A stretch of DNA of 64,000 nt, taken from positions 1 to 64,000 of IMG/VR virus record IMGVR_UViG_3300037424_001630. One strand, given 5' to 3'. The DNA is from a virus. Lineage: Duplodnaviria; Caudoviricetes. The notes beneath the pieces are model-generated. The model was not told where the DNA came from and made no database searches. It saw nothing but the letters and a program-made list of their open reading frames with translations. The position numbers and the translations under genes were made by a program. How positions within the stretch are numbered: position 1 is the first letter of the stretch; each line of letters starts with the position of its first letter. This document shows, one piece after another, positions 50,942 to 59,955 of the stretch.

Positions 50942-51189
50942 GCGTCCGCCAGCTCAGGCTGTGGGAGGGTCACGCGGAGAGGATCCGCGCCGCGGAGACT
51001 CTAGACGCCATCCTCGCGCAGAGCGTGCCGTGGATGAGCGAGGAGGGGCAGGTCGATACGCTGGTCGCCCTGCGGCGGATCGCCGGAGTCGAGGCGGCTG
51101 ACCGAGGGGACGGGACGGAGCGGATCACGATGGACCAGTTCAGGGCGGAGATAGGCGCGCCGCCGAGGAGAGACAAGGGCGATGGCTGA
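50821..51189 (+). CDS. Tail assembly chaperone extension (T-like) in the -1 frame
   Basis: Frame +1 reads LSLSLARVGRFYGWERGELFRLSVRQLRLW... to TGA 51187-51189, overlapping the chaperone; no good start codon; start coordinate approximate. Confidence 0.6.
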   Translation, partial: GVEHRRGPSEGRRGGDQQLSLSLARVGRFYGWERGELFRLSVRQLRLWEGHAERIRAAETLDAILAQSVPWMSEEGQVDTLVALRRIAGVEAADRGDGTERITMDQFRAEIGAPPRRDKGDG

Positions 51190-53860
51190 CCAGGCTGCAC
51201 CGACCAACCCGGAAGGGTCGGCGTTCGCCGTCCTCGGTAGGATCGAGGTCGACCTCGCCACGCTGAGGAAGTCTCTCGGCGCCGCCGAGGCCGAGGTCAA
51301 GACGTCCGGGGACCGCCTGAAGCGCGTCTGGACCAAGCAGTCGGAGGATGTCAGCAAGGTCGTCTTCAATGAGGGGCGTCTCCCCGGCGACCGCCCCAGC
51401 TCGGGCGGCGGCGAGGGGGTCGGCGGGGGCGGTGGCGAGGGCGGCGGGCGCACCCCCGCGTCCCAGTTCGCCCACCTGGCCCGCATCATCAGGTCCACGC
51501 TCATCCCGGCGATGTCCCAGCTCAACCCGGAGATGGGTCAGTTCATCAGCGCCGGCGCGCAGTCCGCCAGGACTGCGGTGTTCTTCGGCGGCGCGCTCGG
51601 GGGCATCGCCATCGCGGCGACGGCCCTGTCGGTGGCCATCGGGAAGTACGTCGCGGCGGCCAAGGACGCGACCGCGGCGACCCTCGACAACAGCCAGGCC
51701 ATCGCGACGTGGGACGCGTCCCGCGCCGAGGCGGGCCTGAAGAGGATCACGGAGAGCATCGCCGAGTACAACCTCAATGTCGACCAGGCAACCGGCAAGG
51801 TCGAGGCGGGGTTCTGGCAGAAGCTCGTCGCTTGGACCGGGATCGCCACCGAGGCCGTGACCGGGTCGCTCGACGCGCAGATCAAGAAGATGTCCGAGTA
51901 CGCCGACACGGTCGCCAAGATCGAGGCGAAGGTCGGGATCCCGAAGGCGGAGTCGGAGTCCCGCAGCGCGGCGGCCGACATCGTCTCGCGGCAGGCGCAG
52001 GGCGAGATTCGGCGGGCGACCGACGAGGCTGCGCTCACCGCCGCCTACAACAAGTCCCGGGAGGCCATCAAGCAGAAGGGCGTCGAGCAGCTCAAGATGA
52101 TCGAGATCGAGGCCGACGTGAGGAAGTCGGTCCAGGCGAACATGAAGCAGCAGGGCGAGCAGTTCATCATGCAGGCGGCCAACAAGGAGCGCGACAAGGC
52201 GATCGAAGCGACCAAGAAGATGGGCCTCGGCTTCGACCCGAAGTCCGAGACGGGACTCGCGCACCTGGCGGAGATCGAGAAGAAGTACGCCGCGGAGAAG
52301 CAGCGGGCGGCTGACCTTGGCGCCAAGTTCGACAAGAACATCGCCGACGTAGAGCACAAGACCGACCTCGAGCGCGCGAAGTCGAGGGCGACCGCCGCTC
52401 AGAGCGTCATCGACGAGGAGCACAAGGAGCAGGAGGCGCGTGGGCGGCTCGCGTCTGAGAACGAGGGGCTCGTCCAGAAGGAGATCGACAGGGACCAGAA
52501 GCGGCGCGAGGGCGTCATGGCGACCGCGAAGGCGGTCACCGACGCCGAGAAGGTGGTCGCCGACCTCCGCCGGAGGCACATCGGCGAGGTCGAGGGGGCG
52601 TCCGAGCTGGAGGCCCGGTTCGCCGCGGACCGCGTGCACGCCGCGGAGATGTCCGCCACCGCGATCGAGGCCGTGACGCAGAAGTACGAAAGCCAGAGGC
52701 GCGCCCTCCAGGCGCTCATCGACGCCGGCACCGCGGGCGCCAACAGCGCCGAGAAGATGGCCGACATAGAGAAGTCCGGCGCGGCCGATGTCGCCGCCCT
52801 CCGGGAGAAGCACGCGCAGGAGGAGTCGGCGCGCGGGGCGAAGCAGGCGCAGGAGCGCCAGGCGCGCGTCCAGGAGGAGGTCGCGCTCGAGGACAAGCGC
52901 TTCTCTCACTTCACCGCCATGGGGCGCATCACCATGCAGGAGGAGATGGGGCGCCAGAAGCGCGCCACCGTCGACCCGCGCAGGACGCTCGACCAGCAGG
53001 AGGCGGCCGAGCGCGAGCTCCTCGGCATGCGGAAGAGCTACGCCGACGAGTACTTCCGCTACTACCAGTCGCTCGGGACGAGCACGTGGGAGGACCAGCT
53101 CACCAGCGCACGCCAGTTCCTCGCGGAGGCGATCACCGGCTCGAAGGAGTGGTTCGCCGCGGTGGACAAGGTTGCGGGCGTCTACAAGAGCATCCACGAC
53201 GAGGCGAAGGGTATCTTCTCCCAGCAGGTCTCCATCGCCGAGGCGGAGGCGCGCAAGGAGGGGCGCGAGACGATGTCCGTGGGCGACGTCTCCCGCTACA
53301 TGGCGCAGGTTCGGCAGAGGGACGTGCGGGCGCTCGGCGGCGCGCAGGTGCCTCTAGGGGAGATAGGCGCGGCGATCGGGCGCAAGGACTTCTGGAAGAC
53401 GGTCGACCGCGAGAAGCTCACGCCCGGCGCGGCGTTCCAGAAGATGCAGGAGGGCCCGCAGGACCAGCTCGCCAAGGCGCTCGCCGAGACGGCCACGCGC
53501 ACCGCAGGCTTCTCGGGCACCCTGGAGCAGGCGACCGTGACGTCCAAGGAGCTCGGGGACGCGCTCGGCGGCATGATCCCGTCGCTCCTGGACGCTGCCG
53601 TGAAGTCCCGCGACCTGGCGGACGCGGCGAAGCAGGCCGCCGACAACCTCCGGCTGATCCCGCCGCCGAAGGACGAGAACGGGAAGAACGGCAAGGGTGG
53701 TGGCAAGAACGCCACCAGCTCGAACGTCCTCGGCTCGGCGGGGGACGGCGTGTACACGCACCCCGGGCAGCCGATCAGCAGCAACCTCGACACCGCGCTC
53801 GGGCGCAACCTCCAGCTCGCCAACCGGCGCGGCGTCAACACGAACGAGAGCGCACTGTGA
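51182..53860 (+). CDS. Tape measure protein
   Basis: 892 aa, Ala/Glu/Lys-rich helical; VLGRIEVDLATLRKSL N-terminus; position. Confidence 0.85.
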   Translation: MADQAAPTNPEGSAFAVLGRIEVDLATLRKSLGAAEAEVKTSGDRLKRVWTKQSEDVSKVVFNEGRLPGDRPSSGGGEGVGGGGGEGGGRTPASQFAHLARIIRSTLIPAMSQLNPEMGQFISAGAQSARTAVFFGGALGGIAIAATALSVAIGKYVAAAKDATAATLDNSQAIATWDASRAEAGLKRITESIAEYNLNVDQATGKVEAGFWQKLVAWTGIATEAVTGSLDAQIKKMSEYADTVAKIEAKVGIPKAESESRSAAADIVSRQAQGEIRRATDEAALTAAYNKSREAIKQKGVEQLKMIEIEADVRKSVQANMKQQGEQFIMQAANKERDKAIEATKKMGLGFDPKSETGLAHLAEIEKKYAAEKQRAADLGAKFDKNIADVEHKTDLERAKSRATAAQSVIDEEHKEQEARGRLASENEGLVQKEIDRDQKRREGVMATAKAVTDAEKVVADLRRRHIGEVEGASELEARFAADRVHAAEMSATAIEAVTQKYESQRRALQALIDAGTAGANSAEKMADIEKSGAADVAALREKHAQEESARGAKQAQERQARVQEEVALEDKRFSHFTAMGRITMQEEMGRQKRATVDPRRTLDQQEAAERELLGMRKSYADEYFRYYQSLGTSTWEDQLTSARQFLAEAITGSKEWFAAVDKVAGVYKSIHDEAKGIFSQQVSIAEAEARKEGRETMSVGDVSRYMAQVRQRDVRALGGAQVPLGEIGAAIGRKDFWKTVDREKLTPGAAFQKMQEGPQDQLAKALAETATRTAGFSGTLEQATVTSKELGDALGGMIPSLLDAAVKSRDLADAAKQAADNLRLIPPPKDENGKNGKGGGKNATSSNVLGSAGDGVYTHPGQPISSNLDTALGRNLQLANRRGVNTNESAL

Positions 53861-54267
53861 GCATCCGCACGATAGGGAAGGTGTACTTGAATGGGACTCG
53901 GTTCACGACCGACCCCCGGATACAGCGCTCGTGGCCGCCCCGGCGCGCGAAGCTCGCGGGCATCATGGGCAGCTCGACGAAGCAGGACTTCGGGCGGTTC
54001 GCGGGCGACCTGCGGCTGACCCTGACGAGCGACGGGAACTTCATCAACCGGAGCTTCAAGGCGGCCGTCGAGGCGCTCATGCTCGTGCGACGCGCGACCT
54101 ACTCGTACAGCGACTACCAGGGGCTCGAGGGGACCGTGGTCATCGTCGACTTCGTGCCGGCGCCGACGTTCATCAAGGACGGCTCCGGGGTGCTCTTCGA
54201 GTACATGATGGTCCTGGACGTGGTCACGCTGACGAAGCTGGACTTCGCCACGTACACGGGTTCCTGA
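53857..54267 (+). CDS. Distal tail (Dit)-like protein
   Basis: GTGA coupling immediately after the tape measure gene. Confidence 0.5.
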   Translation: MSIRTIGKVYLNGTRFTTDPRIQRSWPPRRAKLAGIMGSSTKQDFGRFAGDLRLTLTSDGNFINRSFKAAVEALMLVRRATYSYSDYQGLEGTVVIVDFVPAPTFIKDGSGVLFEYMMVLDVVTLTKLDFATYTGS

Positions 54268-54278
54268 GGGGAGAGAAG

Positions 54279-55112
54279 ATGCCGACCAACGTGCGGTACA
54301 GGGACGCGGACGGGTTCACGCAGGTCGTCGGGACGACGGAGGACCTCGGGCAGGTCGTGTCCAGCCCGTCCGCGGTCGTCAACACGACCCCGATCAAGGT
54401 CTGCCTGGAGAACATCAGCGACCGCGCCCTCGGAGCCTCACCGTTCGCGGGGGTCGTCCTCCACCACGAGCAGGTCGGTACCAACGACGGCATCTCGCTC
54501 GTCTACACGGCGCTCGACACCATCAACGGCACGCTGAGCAAGCCGTGGGGCGCCGACGTCGATGCCTTCGACGTGCCGACCGGCGCACCCGAGGCGACCA
54601 TGACCGGGCCGTACGGCGTGTGGGCGGCCACCGGCGACTACGGGGTCGTCGTCACAGCGCTCAACGCCGCCGGAGAGACGATCGCGAGCGTGGAGAAGGT
54701 CGTCACCGTGTCGGACGTCTCCGAGGAGTGGACGTACGAGTGGGCACATGTCCCCGGCGCGACGGGCGGGTACAACATCTACCGCACGGACGTCGACGAC
54801 GCTGGCACCTATGGCGCGTACAGCCTGATCGGGCACAACGCGGCGGTCGGCGACGTGACGTTCGCGGACGACGGGAGCCCGCAGACCATAGGAACGCCGC
54901 CCTCGGAGAACACGACGGGAGGGGCGGGCCCGACCTACGGGACGGCTCCCGCTGCGGTGGATCACACCACGGCGGACAAGACGATCGCCGCGGCGCCCGC
55001 CGGGCTCGCGGTGGGCGAGCAGTGGTTCTTCTGGCTCATGGCGAAGATCCCGGCCGGCACGTCGTCGACGGGGAACAAGCGGATCATGCGGCTGCAGCCG
55101 ACGGAGGGATAG
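54279..55112 (+). CDS. Tail-tip structural protein with FN3/Ig-like segment
   Basis: YGVVVTALNAAGET...WAHVPGATGGYNIYR. Confidence 0.55.
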   Translation: MPTNVRYRDADGFTQVVGTTEDLGQVVSSPSAVVNTTPIKVCLENISDRALGASPFAGVVLHHEQVGTNDGISLVYTALDTINGTLSKPWGADVDAFDVPTGAPEATMTGPYGVWAATGDYGVVVTALNAAGETIASVEKVVTVSDVSEEWTYEWAHVPGATGGYNIYRTDVDDAGTYGAYSLIGHNAAVGDVTFADDGSPQTIGTPPSENTTGGAGPTYGTAPAAVDHTTADKTIAAAPAGLAVGEQWFFWLMAKIPAGTSSTGNKRIMRLQPTEG

Positions 55113-55116
55113 GACA

Positions 55117-56124
55117 ATGAGCGTTCTGCTCTCGGACATCAAGCTCTACGCGGCGGCTGTCACGCCGGAGGACGACGTCGCCACCGCCATCGGGGGCGCC
55201 ATCGACCTGACGAAGAAGTTCGACTTCTCGGACTTCACCGGCACGTGCCAGGCCGTCTCGTCGGAGGCGGCCGACACCACCCAGTCCGTCACGCTCACGT
55301 ACCGCGACACGGCCGGAGTGATCCAGACGCTCGTCATCGCCCTGAACGGGCTGACGCCCGTGACCAACGCGGGGTCGATCGAGCGCATCCTGAAGGCGGT
55401 CAAGGACCTCACCTGCGCCGGGGACGTCGCCCTGGAGAACCAGACGGCCGAGCGCACGAACACGCTCGCATCTCTGGGCACCTCGGCGGACGAGGTCGTC
55501 CTCGACGCCGGAGCGTCGGCGGTCGACGGCTTCTACAACGGGATGGTGTTCCGCGCGACGGCGGGCGCCGGGGTGGGCGACATCGCCGAGATCATCAACT
55601 ACGTCGGCGCGTCGAAGACGGCGACCCTCAGCCGGGCCGTCGACGGGGTGTACGGCTTCGACGGGACGACGGTCTTCCGCATCTCGAAGGGCGTGTTCTT
55701 CGACAAGACGCCGAGCGAGATCATGTACGTCGTGCGCCTGGACTACGACTCCGCGGCGGAGGCGCCGGGCGGCTCGGACCTCAACTTCTACGAGAAGGGG
55801 TACTTCAAGCACACCGACGCGAGCGGGTCGGGCCTGACGCTCCTGACGTGCTCGGTCACCGAGGTCGCCGACCCCAGCGCGCGGGTCACCTTCGCGCTGG
55901 ACACGGCCATCAACGGCAGCGGCACGAACGGCGGCGGGAACAACCGGCAGGTCGCCCCGGTCGCCGGCGTCACGGCGTTCGACAGCGCCGCCAAGACGGT
56001 GCCCGGGGGGGCGACGATGGCGCCCGCCGACATCATCGGCGTGTGGATCGCTCTCGCGGCCGACGCGGGGGCGGCGGCCCTGAAGACGACCTGGACGCCC
56101 GGCTTCCTGGGCACCACGACGTAG
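55117..56124 (+). CDS. Virion structural protein (paralog of 33526-34503)
   Basis: Shared blocks with 33526-34503 at protein and DNA level. Confidence 0.7.
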   Translation: MSVLLSDIKLYAAAVTPEDDVATAIGGAIDLTKKFDFSDFTGTCQAVSSEAADTTQSVTLTYRDTAGVIQTLVIALNGLTPVTNAGSIERILKAVKDLTCAGDVALENQTAERTNTLASLGTSADEVVLDAGASAVDGFYNGMVFRATAGAGVGDIAEIINYVGASKTATLSRAVDGVYGFDGTTVFRISKGVFFDKTPSEIMYVVRLDYDSAAEAPGGSDLNFYEKGYFKHTDASGSGLTLLTCSVTEVADPSARVTFALDTAINGSGTNGGGNNRQVAPVAGVTAFDSAAKTVPGGATMAPADIIGVWIALAADAGAAALKTTWTPGFLGTTT

Positions 56125-56134
56125 GGGGGACGAG

Positions 56135-56938
56135 ATGGGCGACTGGCCCGTACTGTCGCACACGAAGTTCGCGTCGGACGACGTCTCGCCGTCCACGTAC
56201 TACACGAGCATCCCGCGCCCGGCGGTGCAGAACACGAAGGGTGCGTACGTGGAGTTCGTCGCGTCGACCCCGTTCGACGTCGCCGGGCTGATCCTCGAGT
56301 TCCAGAACACCCCGTGGAACCTGGGCTTCGTCAACACGCTTGTGGACATCGCCGTCGGCGTAGCGGCGAGCGAGCAGATCGTGGTTCCCGACATGTGGAT
56401 CGGGCACATCTCCGGCTCCCCGATGACGCACCACCGCGTGATCCCGATCCGCATCGGTAAGGGGGTCAGGATCTCGGTTCGGTACCAGACGCCCGAGGGA
56501 GCTGGGAGCGCCACGTTCCGCCTGAAGATGCACATGATCCAGGCCGGGGGCTTCGCCTCCGCGCAGCCCCCGACGAAGTACGAGGCGTGGGGCGAGGACG
56601 CGACCGCCTCCCGCGGGACCGCGATCACGTCCGGCGGCGTCAACACCAAGGGGAGCTACACCGCGCTCGTCGCGGCGACGGCGCTCACGACGCGGTGGCT
56701 CATCGTCACCATGGGGAACGGCACGTCCGGTGCCCCGTTCGCGATCGACATCGCCATCGGCGGAGCGGGGAGCGAGCAGGTCGTGATCCCGAACCTGTTC
56801 ACCGAACACACGAACCCGTCGCCGCTCGCAGTGTGGACCCTCCCCTGGTCGATCCCGAAGGGGACGCGCGTGGCCGCCCGCTGCGCGTCGACCGCCAGCG
56901 GCGTGACCCAGTACGCCCACATCCTCGGAGGCGCGTGA
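56135..56938 (+). CDS. Structural protein with internal two-fold duplication
   Basis: NTKG[AS]Y...DIA[VI]G.A.SEQ[IV]V[VI]P[DN]...IP[KI]G.R occurs twice. Confidence 0.55.
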   Translation: MGDWPVLSHTKFASDDVSPSTYYTSIPRPAVQNTKGAYVEFVASTPFDVAGLILEFQNTPWNLGFVNTLVDIAVGVAASEQIVVPDMWIGHISGSPMTHHRVIPIRIGKGVRISVRYQTPEGAGSATFRLKMHMIQAGGFASAQPPTKYEAWGEDATASRGTAITSGGVNTKGSYTALVAATALTTRWLIVTMGNGTSGAPFAIDIAIGGAGSEQVVIPNLFTEHTNPSPLAVWTLPWSIPKGTRVAARCASTASGVTQYAHILGGA

Positions 56939-56939
56939 C

Positions 56940-57308
56940 ATGGCTCTATCGGTCAAGGCGAGCGGTACCCAGACGGCCGTCATCGGCACGGAGCACACGC
57001 TGAATGCGGGGGCTTTCACTGACGCGGGGGTGTACGTCCTGACGGTCGACACCCGGGCGATGGTCAACGGAGACGAGCTGGAGCTGCGCGCCTACGTGAA
57101 GACGCTGACCGGCGACGCGCAGGGGTACCTCGTCTACGGGGCGACATACGCGCAGCAGCAGGGCGACGCCGCGGCGCCGGGCTCGGAAGCGTACGGCGAG
57201 ACGGTCAAGGCGTCCATCCCCATCGCGTCGGCGTACTCGGTGACGTTCACGCTCACGCAGACGGTGGGGACGGGCCGGGACTTCCCCTGGCGGGTCGACA
57301 CGCTCTAG
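56940..57308 (+). CDS. Small structural protein
   Basis: Beta-rich; SD GGAGG; in the tail-tip block. Confidence 0.5.
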   Translation: MALSVKASGTQTAVIGTEHTLNAGAFTDAGVYVLTVDTRAMVNGDELELRAYVKTLTGDAQGYLVYGATYAQQQGDAAAPGSEAYGETVKASIPIASAYSVTFTLTQTVGTGRDFPWRVDTL

Positions 57309-57317
57309 AGGGGCGCC

Positions 57318-57962
57318 GTGTCCTCCTACTCGCTCCGCAGCTCCGCGCTCTTCATACTGAGCGGGGTGTCCCTGTCCCTCTCGGTGCCGCTCCCCCTGGA
57401 GGCGGGCGGACCGCTGCGCCTCGCCATCCCGCTGCCCCTGGAGTCGGACGGCGGGCACCTGGTCCTCTCCGTCCCTCTCCACGCGGAGTCTCTTGGCGGT
57501 CGGCTGCTCGGGCTCCCCCTGCCGCTCGAGGCAGGCGGGAGCCTGCTGCTCGGGATCCCCCTGCCGCTGGAGGCCGGCGGCACGGCGCCGCTGTTGCTCG
57601 GCTTGCCCCTGTCGCTGGAGGCCGCGGCGAACCTGCGCCTCGTCCTGCCGGTGTCCCTGGAGGTCGCTCTCCTCCACGACCTGGTGCTGCGCATCCCCCT
57701 GCCGCTGGAGGCGCCGTCCCCCGACCACGCCTGGCTGGACGTGACCTTCGACGTTCTGACCCGCGTTCGGTCCCCGCTCTATGTCCAGTTCGACATCCTT
57801 CCGGTGCAGACCGTCCTTGACCCGCTCACGGTCGAGCTCACCGTCGTCGAGACCACGGGCGACTTCCTCACCGTCACGCTTGACGTCATCAGCGGGCAGT
57901 TGTTCCTGATGCGGACCAGCGACGACGTGCAGGCGCCGATCGCCCACGTGACCCTGACATGA
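57318..57962 (+). CDS. Structural protein with ~14-aa tandem repeats
   Basis: About 8 copies of LLLGIPLPLEAGG-type units; architecture parallels 37889-38581. Confidence 0.55.
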   Translation: MSSYSLRSSALFILSGVSLSLSVPLPLEAGGPLRLAIPLPLESDGGHLVLSVPLHAESLGGRLLGLPLPLEAGGSLLLGIPLPLEAGGTAPLLLGLPLSLEAAANLRLVLPVSLEVALLHDLVLRIPLPLEAPSPDHAWLDVTFDVLTRVRSPLYVQFDILPVQTVLDPLTVELTVVETTGDFLTVTLDVISGQLFLMRTSDDVQAPIAHVTLT

Positions 57963-59680
57963 CCACGAATCCGAGCGAGCTGAACTACGATCAGTCGGTC
58001 CAGCTGGTGGGAGACCAGTTCGAGATCGCCCTGAACGGCTCCGACGCGTACCTCGACGGGGTCGCCCTCGCCGACATGGACACGGGGCTGCTCGACCCGT
58101 ACCTCGCGCCGGAGGTGGTGGAGCACGTCTCCGGCGGGGTCGTGGACGAGCGCGAGCTGCACGTCTTCCCCGACAAGATGGTGTCGGTGGTCCGCGGGCG
58201 CGACGCGTCCGCCAACGCGGCGGACTCCACGGTGTACGCCAACTACGTCGTCGGGGGGCTGCTGCCGGGCGGCCTGGTCGGCGGCGAGACGCCGTCGCCC
58301 CCCGGCTTCCCGAGTCTGCCGGCGATCGAGGGTGTGACCGTACCGCTCGACCTGAGGGGGCCGCAGTGGACGGCGTCCATGATCGCCAAGGACTTGTGCT
58401 CCCGGGTCGGGCTCGCGTGCTCCTACGAGGCGCCCGACTACGTCATGCGCGAGGACTTCCAGGTCAACGGGTCGGTCACCGGGGCGATCATGTCCCTCGT
58501 GGAGCCGTTCTCCCACTTCGAGCCGAGCAAGGTTGACATCTGGCTCGACGGGGACGTGCTGATCGTCAGGGCGAGGAGCGCCGGGGCGCCCGAGGACAGC
58601 GTCTCCATCAGCGCCCACGACGCCCGCGTCACGCAGCTGATGTTCCGCGACCACTTCCTCGGGTACGTCCGGGTCCTCCGCCTGACCGGCAGTGTGACTG
58701 GTCAAAGCACCAACTTCGTCGCCGTCGACCCGGGGAGCAGGACGACGTCCACGGTCGACGAGATGGAGAAGGACGGGCACATTGAGTCCCGCATCATCAC
58801 CACCGAGACGGTGCGCATCCTCGACAACGCGATCCTGAGCAGCCTCGTCGAGACGTTCAAGTGGGACCCCGTGACCAGCACGCTCGCCCTGAGCGAGACG
58901 GTGGAGACGGCGGTGGACGTGGACGACCTCGTGCTCGCGTACCCGAACCAGATCGTCAACCAGCCGCAGGAGCACAGCCGGGTCAGCATCACGTCGTCGT
59001 TCACCATCGACTCCAGCGGGTTCCGGACGTTCGGACCCACGAAAAAGACGACGTTCATCACGTCGTACGACCTCACCGGGCGCAAGAGCGCCGAGGAGAC
59101 CGTTGAGGAGAAGTGGGCGCTCATCAACCTGACGACGGGGTTTGGCTGGGTGCTCAAGTCCAGCGAGACGAAGCAGTACCGGGACAGCGGGCCCGGTCAG
59201 TACATGATCGTCTCCACGTCCTACAACTCCAGGGGGGCGCCCGGCAAGACCAGGAGGACGACGGCCAACGGGAGCCGGCCGGGCGGCCCGGGGCTGAGCG
59301 TCTCGCGCAACGCGAACGACCCGACCACGCCGACGTCCGACGTCGTCTACGCGGTCGTCATCAGCACCGCGCCGGGCGCGAAGGACGTGAACATCACGAA
59401 CCGGAACCTGCTGGACGAGCACCTGGCGTCCATCGCCGCGCAGGCTTCGGCCGCGAGCGGGTCCACCGAGACGGAGATCAGCTTCACGGCGGCGGGCATG
59501 CCGTGGATCCGCCGGGGGCAGTACCTCACGATAACCGGGCTCGACGACGAGCTCGGGTACGACATCCCGATCGCGACGGCGCTGGTGATCGAGGCGCGGG
59601 TGGAGTATCGTGAGGGCGAGGGGGACGGCGGCTCGTCGTACACGACGTTCGTGCGGGCCGCGTACTGGAGCAAGCTCTGA
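57959..59680 (+). CDS. Tail hub/baseplate (Tal-like) protein
   Basis: 573 aa, Thr/Ser-rich; C-terminal PWIRRGQYLTI; position. Confidence 0.5.
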   Translation: MTTNPSELNYDQSVQLVGDQFEIALNGSDAYLDGVALADMDTGLLDPYLAPEVVEHVSGGVVDERELHVFPDKMVSVVRGRDASANAADSTVYANYVVGGLLPGGLVGGETPSPPGFPSLPAIEGVTVPLDLRGPQWTASMIAKDLCSRVGLACSYEAPDYVMREDFQVNGSVTGAIMSLVEPFSHFEPSKVDIWLDGDVLIVRARSAGAPEDSVSISAHDARVTQLMFRDHFLGYVRVLRLTGSVTGQSTNFVAVDPGSRTTSTVDEMEKDGHIESRIITTETVRILDNAILSSLVETFKWDPVTSTLALSETVETAVDVDDLVLAYPNQIVNQPQEHSRVSITSSFTIDSSGFRTFGPTKKTTFITSYDLTGRKSAEETVEEKWALINLTTGFGWVLKSSETKQYRDSGPGQYMIVSTSYNSRGAPGKTRRTTANGSRPGGPGLSVSRNANDPTTPTSDVVYAVVISTAPGAKDVNITNRNLLDEHLASIAAQASAASGSTETEISFTAAGMPWIRRGQYLTITGLDDELGYDIPIATALVIEARVEYREGEGDGGSSYTTFVRAAYWSKL

Positions 59681-59955
59681 TGCCCGCGCCGCGGCACGTC
59701 ACGGCGATCGTCGGGCAGCCCAAGCCCGCAACCGACTGGCGGAGCGCGGCCCACGCGCTGGCCGTCTCCGGCGAGTGGACCCGCGGCGTGGTCAGCCGAG
59801 CGGCGGGCGAGATCAACGCCGTCTTCACGGTGACGCTCGAGAGCGGGACGGCGGTCGTCGCGCTCTCCGTCATCAACGAGCCCATCGAGGTCGGGACCTT
59901 CGTCTGGGTAGTGCAGGCGGGCACCCGCTACATCGTGGTGGGCGTCCAGCGGTGA
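59680..59955 (+). CDS. Small tail-tip protein
   Basis: TGATG coupling; OB-like beta pattern. Confidence 0.4.
   Translation: MPAPRHVTAIVGQPKPATDWRSAAHALAVSGEWTRGVVSRAAGEINAVFTVTLESGTAVVALSVINEPIEVGTFVWVVQAGTRYIVVGVQR

Noticed and set aside
51140-53197. Long minus-strand ORFs (also 28249-30081, 25379-27445, 30063-31823, 57779-59422, 17083-18567 and many others)
   Set aside because: Antisense shadows of GC3-rich plus-strand genes; Arg/Gly/Leu-rich with no recognisable motifs. No minus-strand gene in this window is supported
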